From an uncultured Pseudomonadota bacterium (GTDB lineage: Bacteria > Pseudomonadota > Alphaproteobacteria > RF32 > CAG-239): a DNA stretch of 64,000 bases. Positions 30,326-40,084 of this stretch are shown here, piece after piece. Below the pieces are notes generated by a model. It was not told the origin of the DNA. It was given only the letters and a program-made list of their open reading frames with translations, and made no database searches. The first letter of the stretch is position 1. Each line of letters starts with the position of its first letter. The stretch covers positions 70,214 through 134,213 of the forward strand of contig CAMRWU010000002.1 in assembly GCA_947054505.1 (NCBI GenBank), given 5' to 3'. The translations under genes and the position numbers were made by a program.

Positions 30326-31840
30326 ATGAAATACATTATAATTCAAGCGGGTGGACGAGGTTCCAGATTAGAAACATTAACCGCCAATAAACCTAAGGCC
30401 TTAGTCCCTGTTGACAATCTGCCAATGATTTTCCACTTATTCAAAAAATATCCGGAAGCTCATTTCAAAATAATCGCAGATTATCAAAAAGATACATTCA
30501 AACGCTACCTAAAAGTGTTTGCCGACGTAAATTATGAAGTTATTGAATCTAATGAAAAAGGAACATGCGCCGGTATCGGAGAGAGTCTAAATAAAATCCC
30601 TTCCGATACTCCTTTTATGTTGGTATGGTGCGACTTAGTCCTTTCAAACATTGCCCACATCCCTGAAAAAACACATAAGAATTACTTAGGAATATCCAAA
30701 GATTTCCCTTGCCGTTGGTCATATATCGACAATAAATTTGAGGAAATATCATCAACAGAAAACGGTGTCGCCGGCTTATTTATATTTAAAGACAAAAATC
30801 AGATTGCCGATATCCCCTCAAATGGAGAATTTGTTCGTTATCTATCTACAAAAAAATTAACCTTTGACAGACTAGATATGTATGGCGGACTAGAAATCGG
30901 CACAATGTTATCGTACTTTCAAAATGAATTAAACAAACCTAAATGCCGCCCTTTTAATAAAATGGAATTCAAAGGAGATATTGTCTTAAAATATCCCCTA
31001 AACGAACAAGGTCAAAAACTGGCAGATGCAGAAATAGCTTGGTATAGAAAAATAAATGATTTAGCTTACACCAATATTCCTAAAATATATGGCTATGATC
31101 CCTTGGTCATGGAAAAAATTAAAGGTCAAAACATCTTCGAATACGCCTTTTTGACCTCCGGATTTAAAAAAGCAATTTTAAATAAAATTGTTAGCGCATT
31201 AAACGAATTGCACAATCTTTTACCGGCAAAAGAAGCAGACATGGAAAGTTGCGAAAACAATTATATCACTAAAACATTTGCTCGATTAGAAACAATACGC
31301 GAACTGGTTCCTTTTGCTAACAATAAATATATCACCATTAATGAAAAAAAATGCACCAATATTTTCGCTATTAAAGATAAAATCATTTCAGACATCCGCG
31401 CCATGTACCCCAAAGAATTCAAAATAATACATGGTGATTGTACATTTCACAATATGATGATTGAAACAGACAATGTCCGCCCGATACTGATTGACCCTCG
31501 TGGATATTTTGGCAAAACAAAATTTTATGGCGACATTGATTATGATTGGGCAAAACTTTATTATAGTCTTGTTGGCAATTATGACCAGTTTAATCGTAAA
31601 AATTTTTCCTTAGAAATAAAAGATAATAAAGTCGACCTAATGATTGTTTCTAATAATTGGGAAGCTTTAGAAGACTATTTCTTTGAAATCACCAAAACAA
31701 ACAGAAAAAAAATAAAACTTTTACATGCTATTATCTGGCTATCCCTAACGACGTATGCATGGGAAGACTATGATGCAATTTGTGGAGCATTTTATAAAGG
31801 ATTACTTGAACTTCAGGAGTATCTGGACAATGCTGAGTAA
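30326..31840 (+). CDS. Fusion of a LicC-like nucleotidyltransferase (N-terminal) and a LicA-like choline-kinase/APH-fold kinase (C-terminal)
   Basis: N-terminal MKYIIIQAGGRGSRL (NTP-transferase G-x-G-x-R). C-terminal HGDCTFHNMMI plus IDPRGYFG (APH/ChoK catalytic loop and DxxG). Confidence 0.65.
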   Translation: MKYIIIQAGGRGSRLETLTANKPKALVPVDNLPMIFHLFKKYPEAHFKIIADYQKDTFKRYLKVFADVNYEVIESNEKGTCAGIGESLNKIPSDTPFMLVWCDLVLSNIAHIPEKTHKNYLGISKDFPCRWSYIDNKFEEISSTENGVAGLFIFKDKNQIADIPSNGEFVRYLSTKKLTFDRLDMYGGLEIGTMLSYFQNELNKPKCRPFNKMEFKGDIVLKYPLNEQGQKLADAEIAWYRKINDLAYTNIPKIYGYDPLVMEKIKGQNIFEYAFLTSGFKKAILNKIVSALNELHNLLPAKEADMESCENNYITKTFARLETIRELVPFANNKYITINEKKCTNIFAIKDKIISDIRAMYPKEFKIIHGDCTFHNMMIETDNVRPILIDPRGYFGKTKFYGDIDYDWAKLYYSLVGNYDQFNRKNFSLEIKDNKVDLMIVSNNWEALEDYFFEITKTNRKKIKLLHAIIWLSLTTYAWEDYDAICGAFYKGLLELQEYLDNAE

Positions 31841-32207
31841 ACTCACTTTATCAACTCTCCCTCATACATGGATATTGGATTTTGATGGCACACTTGTCAA
31901 ACATAACGGCTATAAAATTGATGGTTATGACACCATACTTAATGGTGTTCAAGAGTTGTTCTCTCAAATTCCTACCTCTGATATGATCATACTTTTAACC
32001 TCCCGTGGAGAACAATATCGTCAAGATATTGAAAAATTCATGCAACAAAAAAAATTGCGTTACAACCATATCATTTGTAATGCCCCTATGGGAGAAAGAA
32101 TTTTAGTCAATGACGATAAACCTAGTGGTCTGCGCATGGCATACGCTATTAACAAAACAAGAGACAGTAACTTCATAACATCTATACAAATAGATAAGGA
32201 GATATAA
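31830..32207 (+). CDS. HAD-superfamily hydrolase (small)
   Basis: Motif I ILDFDGTLV. AGGAG 10 nt upstream. The ATG overlaps the upstream stop. Confidence 0.55.
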   Translation: MLSKLTLSTLPHTWILDFDGTLVKHNGYKIDGYDTILNGVQELFSQIPTSDMIILLTSRGEQYRQDIEKFMQQKKLRYNHIICNAPMGERILVNDDKPSGLRMAYAINKTRDSNFITSIQIDKEI

Positions 32208-32211
32208 AACA

Positions 32212-33153
32212 ATGCAACGCGAATTTTCCCTTTGTGGCATCCCTATAATTAAAATAAAAAAAAGTGAAAATTATGAAAAACGTTATTTTTTAGGCATTCA
32301 GTACAAAACAAAAAAATATGCCCCTCGTTACCATAGCTTTATTGATGCTTTTGCCAATAACACCTCTTTCATTACAAATCGCAACATAAAAGTGATTCTC
32401 AATAATCTGGGAGAAGCTGTTATCTATGCTCGTACAGCCAAATTTTGGCACAACCCCAATGACTTAATCTTCGGAACCCACCTTCAGCACTCTGACATAT
32501 TTAAAATGTTTGCTCCGGAAATACCGATTTTTTATTGTGGTGAAGCAAATTTAATTAAACCGGAAGACTATAACACCAACCACTTTGAAGCCATTTTATT
32601 TGATGATAAATTAATTGAAATGAACAATAACAAAAAATCATTTTTAACATCATGGGCTGAATATCTAAATGCCGATTTTTCTACCATATCATATAAACCG
32701 GCTCACATTTCCGAAGAAACCAAACAATGTGCCCTAAACAAAGCTAAATCTTTACACATAAACATAAACAATTTCGTTTTCCTTATGCCTTTTGCCCGTT
32801 CAATGGAATTACTCCCCAAAGAATTTTGGAATGATTTGGAAAGAGATTTTCGAGCTAAAGGATTCGATATTGTCTACAACTCAAAAATGTTTTCAATTGC
32901 CGAAGCTTATGTTTTAGCAAGCCTGTCAAAATCTATCGTAGCATTACGTTCAGGTTTTTGTGATACGTTATGTGAATTAAAAGTTCCTCAACACATAATT
33001 TACACGCACAATGAATATCATGGCGATTTACAACCAATGTATAGTTTCTATGACTTTCCATGGGCCGCTAAAGAATTTATTACTGAATATAATACCAATA
33101 ACCAACCATTATGTAAAATTCAGCAAGACATTTTAACAAGTTCAACAAAATAA
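32212..33153 (+). CDS. Hypothetical protein, possible GT-B-fold transferase belonging to the lic locus
   Basis: 313 aa. The only possible match is ALRSGFCDTL, resembling the GT9 xDSGxxHLA region. Weak. Confidence 0.35.
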   Translation: MQREFSLCGIPIIKIKKSENYEKRYFLGIQYKTKKYAPRYHSFIDAFANNTSFITNRNIKVILNNLGEAVIYARTAKFWHNPNDLIFGTHLQHSDIFKMFAPEIPIFYCGEANLIKPEDYNTNHFEAILFDDKLIEMNNNKKSFLTSWAEYLNADFSTISYKPAHISEETKQCALNKAKSLHININNFVFLMPFARSMELLPKEFWNDLERDFRAKGFDIVYNSKMFSIAEAYVLASLSKSIVALRSGFCDTLCELKVPQHIIYTHNEYHGDLQPMYSFYDFPWAAKEFITEYNTNNQPLCKIQQDILTSSTK

Positions 33154-33275
33154 ATCACTCTCATTCGGGGTGTCTTACCAATGTCCAGAAACTGAATAAG
33201 TTTTAAAAAGTAAGAGGTATGCTATTGCATCATACTTTCGACCACCCCGAACACACATTTCCTCCCTTGCATTAG

Positions 33276-33340
33276 CCTATTTAAACCATAAAAAAACACC
33301 CTACAATAGGGTGTTTTTTTATGGTCGGAATGACTGGACT
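33276..33340. repeat. Direct repeat copy 1: terminator hairpin plus the last 19 nt of tRNA-Pro (partial tRNA 3' end)
   Basis: cctatttaaaccataaaaaaaCACCCtacaatAGGGTGtttttttatggtcggaatgactggact. About 90% identical to 33448..33515. Confidence 0.8.
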
Positions 33341-33447
33341 ACTCTTCGCCACGCTTGAGTTGCACTGGCGCTCATCGTCTGTGCCGACCGCGATACTTCC
33401 GTATCGCTTTCGCTGGTAGTCAAACCAGCTCCCTCGCTGGTTCGAGC

Positions 33448-33515
33448 ACCTATTTAAACCATAAAAAAAACACCCACAATGGGGTGCTTTTTTTATGGTC
33501 GGAATGACTGGACTC
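33448..33515. repeat. Direct repeat copy 2: terminator hairpin plus the genuine 3' end of tRNA-Pro
   Basis: acctatttaaaccataaaaaaaaCACCCacaatGGGGTGctttttttatggtcggaatgactggact. Confidence 0.8.
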
Positions 33516-33572
33516 GAACCAGCGACCTCTTCGTCCCGAACGAAGCGTTCTACCAGGCTGAACTACATTCCG
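33496..33572 (-). tRNA. tRNA-Pro (anticodon CGG), CCA encoded
   Basis: The reverse complement CGGAATGTAGTTCAGCCTGGTAGAACGCTTCGTTCGGGACGAAGAGGTCGCTGGTTCGAGTCCAGTCATTCCGACCA folds as a cloverleaf: acceptor CGGAATG/CATTCCG and anticodon loop TTCGGGA. Confidence 0.85.
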
Positions 33573-33639
33573 TTCATCAGCAGGCATATTCATACCACAA
33601 AAAAAAAATTAGACAAGTCATTTTTTACATTTTTTTACG

Positions 33640-34383
33640 ATGTTATGGACTTTTTATGCAAATTATGTTAATTCTGCAAGCCAATGGCAACTTTTCAATG
33701 GAATAACAATGCTCATCTCAACACTCATTCCTCAGGTTTCATCCCTAATTCCTCAAGACTATCAAGAAATCAAACAACCACAATTTGATAAACTCATATC
33801 TGACTATCTACAAACGGCACCAACAAACGACAACCCCACACTTTATCATATGTTCGGCATCCCCAGCGCCGGAAAAACAACATTTTACAGCTCTCACCAT
33901 TGGCCACAACACGTATTAGTCAGTTTTGACGCCATCATGGAAGACCTGCCAGCCTATCAAGAAGATGTCAAAAAAACAGATCCTGTCACCGCCTTTCAAA
34001 AATGGGAACTCACTGCCCGCATCATCGGTTACGAACTTTTGCGTCAAGCTGTCCAAGAACGTAAAAACATCTTTTTTGATCACGGAGGTTCATTTCCTGC
34101 CCATCTTGATTTACTGAAAAATCTACACCACTTGGGATACAATATTGAAGTTTGCTATATTTATTGCGATATGAACGAAGCTCTCAAACGAGCGAAAGAA
34201 CGCGAAAAACAAACTCATCGCCACACACCGCCGCAAATGATACAACACCGCAATGAAATGATTGCCAAACTCATCGATGAATATAAAAAAGCCGCTGATG
34301 TTTTTTATGCCTATAACAGCACATCAGACGGCTTTATTTTTAACAAAGCGCTTAGTTCAGCGCCTCAACCACCGAAAAGCTAA
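33640..34383 (+). CDS. P-loop kinase of the zeta-toxin/AAA_33 type
   Basis: Walker A GIPSAGKTT. About 250 aa. The start codon is uncertain; an internal ATG near 33709 is possible. Confidence 0.5.
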   Translation: MLWTFYANYVNSASQWQLFNGITMLISTLIPQVSSLIPQDYQEIKQPQFDKLISDYLQTAPTNDNPTLYHMFGIPSAGKTTFYSSHHWPQHVLVSFDAIMEDLPAYQEDVKKTDPVTAFQKWELTARIIGYELLRQAVQERKNIFFDHGGSFPAHLDLLKNLHHLGYNIEVCYIYCDMNEALKRAKEREKQTHRHTPPQMIQHRNEMIAKLIDEYKKAADVFYAYNSTSDGFIFNKALSSAPQPPKS

Positions 34384-35684
34384 AATTTCTTTCCGATTCG
34401 GCTATACTCAAACCCCTGCTCTTTTACCTCTTCCGGACACAACATATTCCGCAAATCAACAATTTTAGGCGTATTCATTAACCCTTTGAGTTTTGCCAAA
34501 TCAAGATGCTTAAAATCACTCCACTCCGTTAAAACCACTAAAACATCAGCGCCGTTCGCCGCCTCATATTCATCGCGGGCATACGCAATTTTATCTCCCA
34601 AAATTTTACGGGCATTATCCATTGCTTTCGGATCATACGCCATAATTTTAGCTTGTTTCAGCAACAAATTTTCAACAATCTGCATCGCCGGAGATTCGCG
34701 GCAATCATCCGTTCCATCCTTAAACGCCAACCCCAGAACCGCTATTTTAGCACCGGCATTATCACCCACAGCTTCCCAAATTCTGTCCGCCATAGCATGC
34801 TTGCGCGCATCATTACCGTCAATCGCCGCTTGTATCAATGACAAGTTGACGCCATTTTGCCGTCCCATATAGGCCATTGCATTGGTATCTTTCGGAAAAC
34901 AAGAACCGCCATACCCAGGCCCCGGATTCAAAAAACGCGGCCCAATTCTGCTATCCAATCCCATCCCTTTGGCAACCTCATATACATCAGCACCTGCTTT
35001 TTCACAAAAGTCCGCCATTTCATTAATGTAATGAATTTTAATTGCCAAAAACGCATTGGAAGCATATTTAATCGTTTCGGAAGAACGACGCTTAACAAAC
35101 AACATTTGCGTCTTTCCCTCAAACGGCCGATACAATGCCTTTAACACATCTGCTGCTTTTTCCGTATTAGCACCGACCACAATTCTGTCCGGATGAAAGA
35201 AATCATGAATAGCAAAACCTTCGCGCAAAAATTCCGGCAATGACACAACATCAAAATCCGCCTGCGGATTGGTCTTGCGAATCAATCCCTCAATATCATC
35301 CCCTGTCCCGACCGGAACCGTAGATTTTGTTGCAATAACGGTATAACCGGATAAACAAGGAGCCAATTCAGCCGCGGCAGCGTGAATATACTTCATATCC
35401 GCTTCTTTAGTTACCGGATGCGGAGGCGTTCCGACCGCAATCATCACCAAATCAGCACCCTCCACGCCTTCGCGCATCGAACGAGTAAAACGCAGATGTC
35501 CTTCCGCCACGTTTTTCTTGAACAATTCCTCAAGCCCATCTTCAAACAATGTCAATTTTCCGCTTTGCAAAGCAGCAATTTTTTCTTCATCACGATCAAT
35601 GCAAACGACTTCATTTCCGAGTTCAGCCAATCCGACACCCGTTGGCAAACCGACATATCCCGTTCCTATAATTCCGATTTTCAT
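34380..35684 (-). CDS. ugd: UDP-glucose 6-dehydrogenase / nucleotide-sugar dehydrogenase
   Basis: N-terminal MKIGIIGTGYVGLPTG Rossmann region. Catalytic Cys region GGSCFPKD. 434 aa. Confidence 0.85.
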   Translation of the reverse strand: MKIGIIGTGYVGLPTGVGLAELGNEVVCIDRDEEKIAALQSGKLTLFEDGLEELFKKNVAEGHLRFTRSMREGVEGADLVMIAVGTPPHPVTKEADMKYIHAAAAELAPCLSGYTVIATKSTVPVGTGDDIEGLIRKTNPQADFDVVSLPEFLREGFAIHDFFHPDRIVVGANTEKAADVLKALYRPFEGKTQMLFVKRRSSETIKYASNAFLAIKIHYINEMADFCEKAGADVYEVAKGMGLDSRIGPRFLNPGPGYGGSCFPKDTNAMAYMGRQNGVNLSLIQAAIDGNDARKHAMADRIWEAVGDNAGAKIAVLGLAFKDGTDDCRESPAMQIVENLLLKQAKIMAYDPKAMDNARKILGDKIAYARDEYEAANGADVLVVLTEWSDFKHLDLAKLKGLMNTPKIVDLRNMLCPEEVKEQGFEYSRIGKKF

Positions 35685-35701
35685 CTTCCCCTCTGCCTTT
35701 A

Positions 35702-36631
35702 TTATTTTTTAACCCGCAACACACCGGAAGCTTTCAAAAACTCTTCAGCCCACCTATCTAACAACTTCAAATTAGGTTGAACAGAGAAAGTCTTTGCCCC
35801 CAGATAATACCACAAAGTCTTGGTCAAATAGGGAAATCTTTTGATTTTACGCACATATTTCCAATACGCCGAAACAGCACGCATATTTAACTTGCCCAAA
35901 ACATCCTTATCCAACTGCGGATGATCCTTGATAAAATAGTAGTATGCCAAATAGCGATCATGATCAAGTTGAACTTTTTGTCCGGACAAATTACCGTTTT
36001 CTTTCGGCACCAAAACCACATCCGCCTGCATTTTAACAATACCGTGAGCCAAAGCTGCACAACGCAGAGGAATGGTTTCATCTTGAATAAACACGCGCTC
36101 ATCCGCACCCTCTGCTTTTTTCAAAACTTCAGACTTAATCAACTGCCCCATCCGAGTAAAACGGGCTTCAAAAATCGCCCGCATTGCATCGGCATAAAAC
36201 TTATATGAAAACCCTTCCGGCAAATAAGCTTCTGTCAATTCCTCCGGTTCTTTACCGGTTTTCACAAAAGTACCGTAAACCATATCAGCCTGAAACTTCT
36301 CAGCCAACGACAGCATTTTTTCCGTCGAATCAAGCGGAAAAATATCATCGCTGTCCAACATTCTGATATATTTTCCTTCCGCCGCGGCAATTCCCTGATT
36401 GATTCTAACGCTGATACCCTGATTTTTAGTATTCTTAAAAATCTTCACGTTCGGCACGCCTTTGGTCATCTCCTCAATAATCTCTACCGAGCGATCAGAC
36501 GAAACATCATCGCAAAAAATGAACTCCGGATTTTTAAGTCCTGTCTGATTTAACAGAGCTTTTAACACGGACGGCAAATATCTTTCTTTATTATACACCG
36601 TCATTACAAATGAAACGTCTATATCGCTCAT
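35702..36631 (-). CDS. Glycosyltransferase family 2
   Basis: VSFVMTVYNKERYLPSVLKALLNQT with DxD motif (LDSDD). Confidence 0.75.
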   Translation of the reverse strand: MSDIDVSFVMTVYNKERYLPSVLKALLNQTGLKNPEFIFCDDVSSDRSVEIIEEMTKGVPNVKIFKNTKNQGISVRINQGIAAAEGKYIRMLDSDDIFPLDSTEKMLSLAEKFQADMVYGTFVKTGKEPEELTEAYLPEGFSYKFYADAMRAIFEARFTRMGQLIKSEVLKKAEGADERVFIQDETIPLRCAALAHGIVKMQADVVLVPKENGNLSGQKVQLDHDRYLAYYYFIKDHPQLDKDVLGKLNMRAVSAYWKYVRKIKRFPYLTKTLWYYLGAKTFSVQPNLKLLDRWAEEFLKASGVLRVKK

Positions 36632-36639
36632 CTTGCCTC

Positions 36640-37425
36640 CTACACATTGTTGTGATGATATAATCTGAAATTCGGTTTATCGGCTTTAATTGCCTTCTTC
36701 AGCAGAAAAGTCATCTGCTGATTATTCTTCCACAAGACATAAAATAAACTTAATTGATCTCGGCGTGAATAACGCTCGAGCATCTCCCACCATTCCGACA
36801 TAATTTTGATACACAACGGATGATGATGCTTGCGATAAATAACATTATTTTCAGTCAATCCCCAATGACGAGGATAATTTTCTTGCTCTAAAAATGCTTT
36901 GTGCCGCAACAAAACATCTTCTTTATCTTTTTTGTGAATTAAACATTCATCCAACTCATCATAAATACAATCTCGACGCCTATGTGGCGGAATAGCTAAA
37001 AACACATCCTTCTGAGAAGACAAAGCCTCTGCGGCCTCAAACAAAAGATTAGTCTTAAAAACAACATTGGCATCCACATAAATACTTTCTTGATATTCCG
37101 GAAAAAGCACATGCGGATGCAACTTTGGATATCGACTGTTGCGACTAACATCAAGTTTAGTAAACGGAAGCGGTCTAACCTCCCAAGGCCCGACCACCTT
37201 GCGACGAAGATACCACTGATTATCCGTAAAACAAACATACCGATAATCAGGGTTAAGATAAACATGCAAATTCAAACAATCATAATTATTAGAAATCGTC
37301 GTATAAATAACCTTCTTCGGTGGAACGGCGGCAATCGCTTCACGATATTTCCTAAATTTTTTACGATAAACAAAAGAATACAAAAAATCCCTTGATATAC
37401 CTATCAACAAACGTTTGCCCAACAT
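36640..37425 (-). CDS. Hypothetical protein, possible capsule-synthesis GT-A-like transferase
   Basis: 261 aa. YVDANV DxD-like. No firm family call. Confidence 0.4.
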   Translation of the reverse strand: MLGKRLLIGISRDFLYSFVYRKKFRKYREAIAAVPPKKVIYTTISNNYDCLNLHVYLNPDYRYVCFTDNQWYLRRKVVGPWEVRPLPFTKLDVSRNSRYPKLHPHVLFPEYQESIYVDANVVFKTNLLFEAAEALSSQKDVFLAIPPHRRRDCIYDELDECLIHKKDKEDVLLRHKAFLEQENYPRHWGLTENNVIYRKHHHPLCIKIMSEWWEMLERYSRRDQLSLFYVLWKNNQQMTFLLKKAIKADKPNFRLYHHNNV

Positions 37426-38417
37426 TATGCCGCTCCCGTCGTCTTTGACTTATTCGCCTTATACCAAGCAACAAACTTGGCAATTCCGGAAGAAAAGTTT
37501 GTTTTAGGAGCATACCCCAATAAATGTTTAGCCTTGTCAATTCCCGCAACTGTTTTGATAACATCGCCTTGTTGCATGGGTTGATAATCGATTATCGCTT
37601 TTTTACCCAAAGCTTGCTCAATCTCAGAAATCATCCGCTTCAGAGTTACCGGTTCACCACCACCCAAATTAATAATCTCATAAGACGTTTGGTCATACAC
37701 AAGTGCAGAAACAACACCACTGATAATATCATCAATATATGTATAATCTCGCATAGTCTGCCCATCACCAAACATAGGAACAGGCTTTCCCTCATCAATC
37801 AATCTGGTAAATTTGTGAATGGCTAAATCCTGACGTTGGCGCGGTCCATATACAGTAAAAAAGCGAAGACAAACCGTCTTAATGTCATATAATTTATAAT
37901 ATGTATAACAAAACTGCTCCATTGCCGACTTTGTTGCGGCATATTGCGAAATTGGTTCCGTCACTTTCAAATCTTCGGTAAAGACCTGAGCATCACAATT
38001 ACCATATACCGAACTTGAAGAAGCAAACACCAACTTTTTAACACCATGTAAGCGCATTTCTTCCAGCAAAATCAAACTGGCAACAATGTTACTCTGACAA
38101 TAATCCAACGGACGCTCAATCGATGGACGTACACCGGCTCTCGCGGCCAAATGAACAACCGCATCAATCTTTTGTTCGTCAAAAATACGTTTCACAGCGT
38201 CCTTATTACTCAAATCATCCTCATACAACTTAAAATTCGGATGAGAACAACAACAAGACAAATTATCTTCTTTTATTTCACGAGCATAATAATCATTAAA
38301 ATTATCAACGCCGATAACTTTACATCCCTGAGATAACAACGCTTCCGAAAGAGATGAACCTATAAAACCAGCCGCACCGGTAACCAAAACCGTATAAGTA
38401 TTATCAAAATGTATCAT
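37425..38417 (-). CDS. NAD-dependent epimerase/dehydratase (UDP-glucuronate 4-epimerase-like)
   Basis: VLVTGAAGFIGSSL Rossmann region. YAATK catalytic motif. Confidence 0.75.
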   Translation of the reverse strand: MIHFDNTYTVLVTGAAGFIGSSLSEALLSQGCKVIGVDNFNDYYAREIKEDNLSCCCSHPNFKLYEDDLSNKDAVKRIFDEQKIDAVVHLAARAGVRPSIERPLDYCQSNIVASLILLEEMRLHGVKKLVFASSSSVYGNCDAQVFTEDLKVTEPISQYAATKSAMEQFCYTYYKLYDIKTVCLRFFTVYGPRQRQDLAIHKFTRLIDEGKPVPMFGDGQTMRDYTYIDDIISGVVSALVYDQTSYEIINLGGGEPVTLKRMISEIEQALGKKAIIDYQPMQQGDVIKTVAGIDKAKHLLGYAPKTNFSSGIAKFVAWYKANKSKTTGAA

Positions 38418-38629
38418 TAAAATTCTTCTTCCTAATTAAATTTACCTTATCACAGCTGTAACTCTAACAGAACAAAACAATAAAGTAAATAATCAATCAC
38501 ATCGGTGCGACAAAATATTACGTAAGATTTTATACAATAGAATTTTCCAAACTGCAATTCACCTCTTTACAAAGCTGTGTAAAACAGATTAGAATAAACA
38601 CCACAATAAATACATTTAAAGGCATAAAA

Positions 38630-39757
38630 ATGAAACTGATGATTGTCAAAGACCGTAATGTCCTAAACACCAAATTCCTCGCCCAGTTTGTCAATTCTCT
38701 GGCCCGCCTCGGACATGACGTTCATGTCGTTTGTGACACATACAAAAAACAGGGAAGCGGTGTCACTTTGGATGACAACATTAGCTTCACCAACCTCAAC
38801 GGCAAAACGAAAAATCATCTGAAAAACGCTTACCGCTTCTTGCGCCAAAATCTATCACTACCTTGTTTTAGATTCTCAAAATTCATAAAAAAAGAAAAAC
38901 CGGATGTCATCATCTGCTATTTTCCGATAGACTTGTTCAATGTCACTTTCTTACAAAAACACAACATTCCGGTAATCATGATGATGCACTGTTACCCGCC
39001 AATAATTTTTAACCGTATTCAAAAAAAGTCATGGTTAAAGCGCTTAGCATATAAACACTGTCTAAAAAAAGTTAGTGTATTCCAAGTCTTGGTAAAATCT
39101 TTTGAAAAAACACTCAAATTATCCTCAGGCAAACAAAAAATCATAACTATTCCCAACGCTGTGGTACAAATACCAGCTAATAAGCAAACAGATCTCTCTA
39201 TCGAAAAGAAAAAAATAATATATGTAGCACGTATTGAAAAAGAAGGAAAACGACAACACCTTCTTGTTGAAGCTTTTGGCCGGATAGCCAAAGATTTCCC
39301 TGACTGGCACGTCGAATTTTGGGGATTGGAAAAATACCAAAAATACAATCAGGAACTCCTAAATTTGGCAACACAATACGGTGTGGAGGACCGAGTTCAT
39401 ATCTGCGGATATCATCCCTGCATTCAAGAAGTTTATCTCGAAGCTGATATTCATGCATTTCCCAGTCTTCACGAAGGTTTTGGACTAGCCTTAGCAGATA
39501 GTATGGCTATGGGTATTCCTGCATTAGGCTTCACAGAAACCCCATCCGTCAATGAACTGATTATTGATGGCCACAATGGTTTCTTGGGAGAAAATATAGA
39601 CGACTTCACCAACAAACTAAAAATGCTTATGGAAAGCAAAGAATTGCGGCAAAAACTGGGACACAATGCAGCCGAAGATATGAAAGCCTATACACCAGAA
39701 ATCGTTATCAACATGTGGGATAAACTGATTAAAGAAACTATCGCAGAAAAAAATTAA
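38630..39757 (+). CDS. Glycosyltransferase family 1 (GT4-type)
   Basis: C-terminal E-x7-E region FPSLHEGFGLALADSMAMGIP. Confidence 0.75.
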   Translation: MKLMIVKDRNVLNTKFLAQFVNSLARLGHDVHVVCDTYKKQGSGVTLDDNISFTNLNGKTKNHLKNAYRFLRQNLSLPCFRFSKFIKKEKPDVIICYFPIDLFNVTFLQKHNIPVIMMMHCYPPIIFNRIQKKSWLKRLAYKHCLKKVSVFQVLVKSFEKTLKLSSGKQKIITIPNAVVQIPANKQTDLSIEKKKIIYVARIEKEGKRQHLLVEAFGRIAKDFPDWHVEFWGLEKYQKYNQELLNLATQYGVEDRVHICGYHPCIQEVYLEADIHAFPSLHEGFGLALADSMAMGIPALGFTETPSVNELIIDGHNGFLGENIDDFTNKLKMLMESKELRQKLGHNAAEDMKAYTPEIVINMWDKLIKETIAEKN

Positions 39758-39785
39758 GCAAACCAACACCAACAGCACACAAAAT

Positions 39786-39820
39786 TAAAAACACCAGATT
39801 CTTTTAAGGGTCTGGTGTTT
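39786..39820. terminator. Rho-independent terminator of the GT1 gene
   Basis: aaaaaCACCAGAttcttttaagggTCTGGTGtttt. Confidence 0.6.
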
Positions 39821-39842
39821 TATTATAGCAGTATTTTATGTT

Positions 39843-39939
39843 ACCTCTGCGGCGCTTCGGCGAAGCCTCAGCGGCATACTAACGTCTGCCTGCGCCTGGT
39901 AGTGAACCTACTTTCTCGTAGGTTCAACTCTAGCCGCGC
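39843..39939 (+). ncRNA. GC-rich structured element with partial 5S-rRNA-like motifs (degenerate 5S fragment or small RNA), tentative
   Basis: About 58% GC inside an AT-rich genome. GCGCC-TGGTAGTG followed by the hairpin AACCTAC-TTTCTCG-TAGGTT resembles the 5S helix IV/V region (GCGCCGATGGTAGTG plus hairpin) from memory. GCTTCGGCGAAGC is a perfect palindrome. It sits between two terminators. Confidence 0.25.
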
Positions 39940-39949
39940 AATACAATAA

Positions 39950-39980
39950 CAAAAAACCAGCCCTTAGGCTGGTTATTTGT
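39950..39980. terminator. Bidirectional rho-independent terminator at the start of the accessory region
   Basis: aaaaaaCCAGCCcttaGGCTGGttatttgtt. Confidence 0.6.
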
Positions 39981-40084
39981 TATTGGTTGTGCAAAAGGAT
40001 AAATATGAGGAAAAATATACAAAATAACGTCTTGATTTTACATAATATTTAAAAATATCAAACCTTTACCAAAAATCCGACATC

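Noticed and set aside
33342-33447. Possibility that the GC-rich insert next to tRNA-Pro is itself a tRNA or tRNA fragment
   Set aside because: I tried both strands. There is no acceptor/T-arm pairing and no anticodon stem-loop. Only a 12-nt inverted match to the tRNA-Pro T-arm is present.
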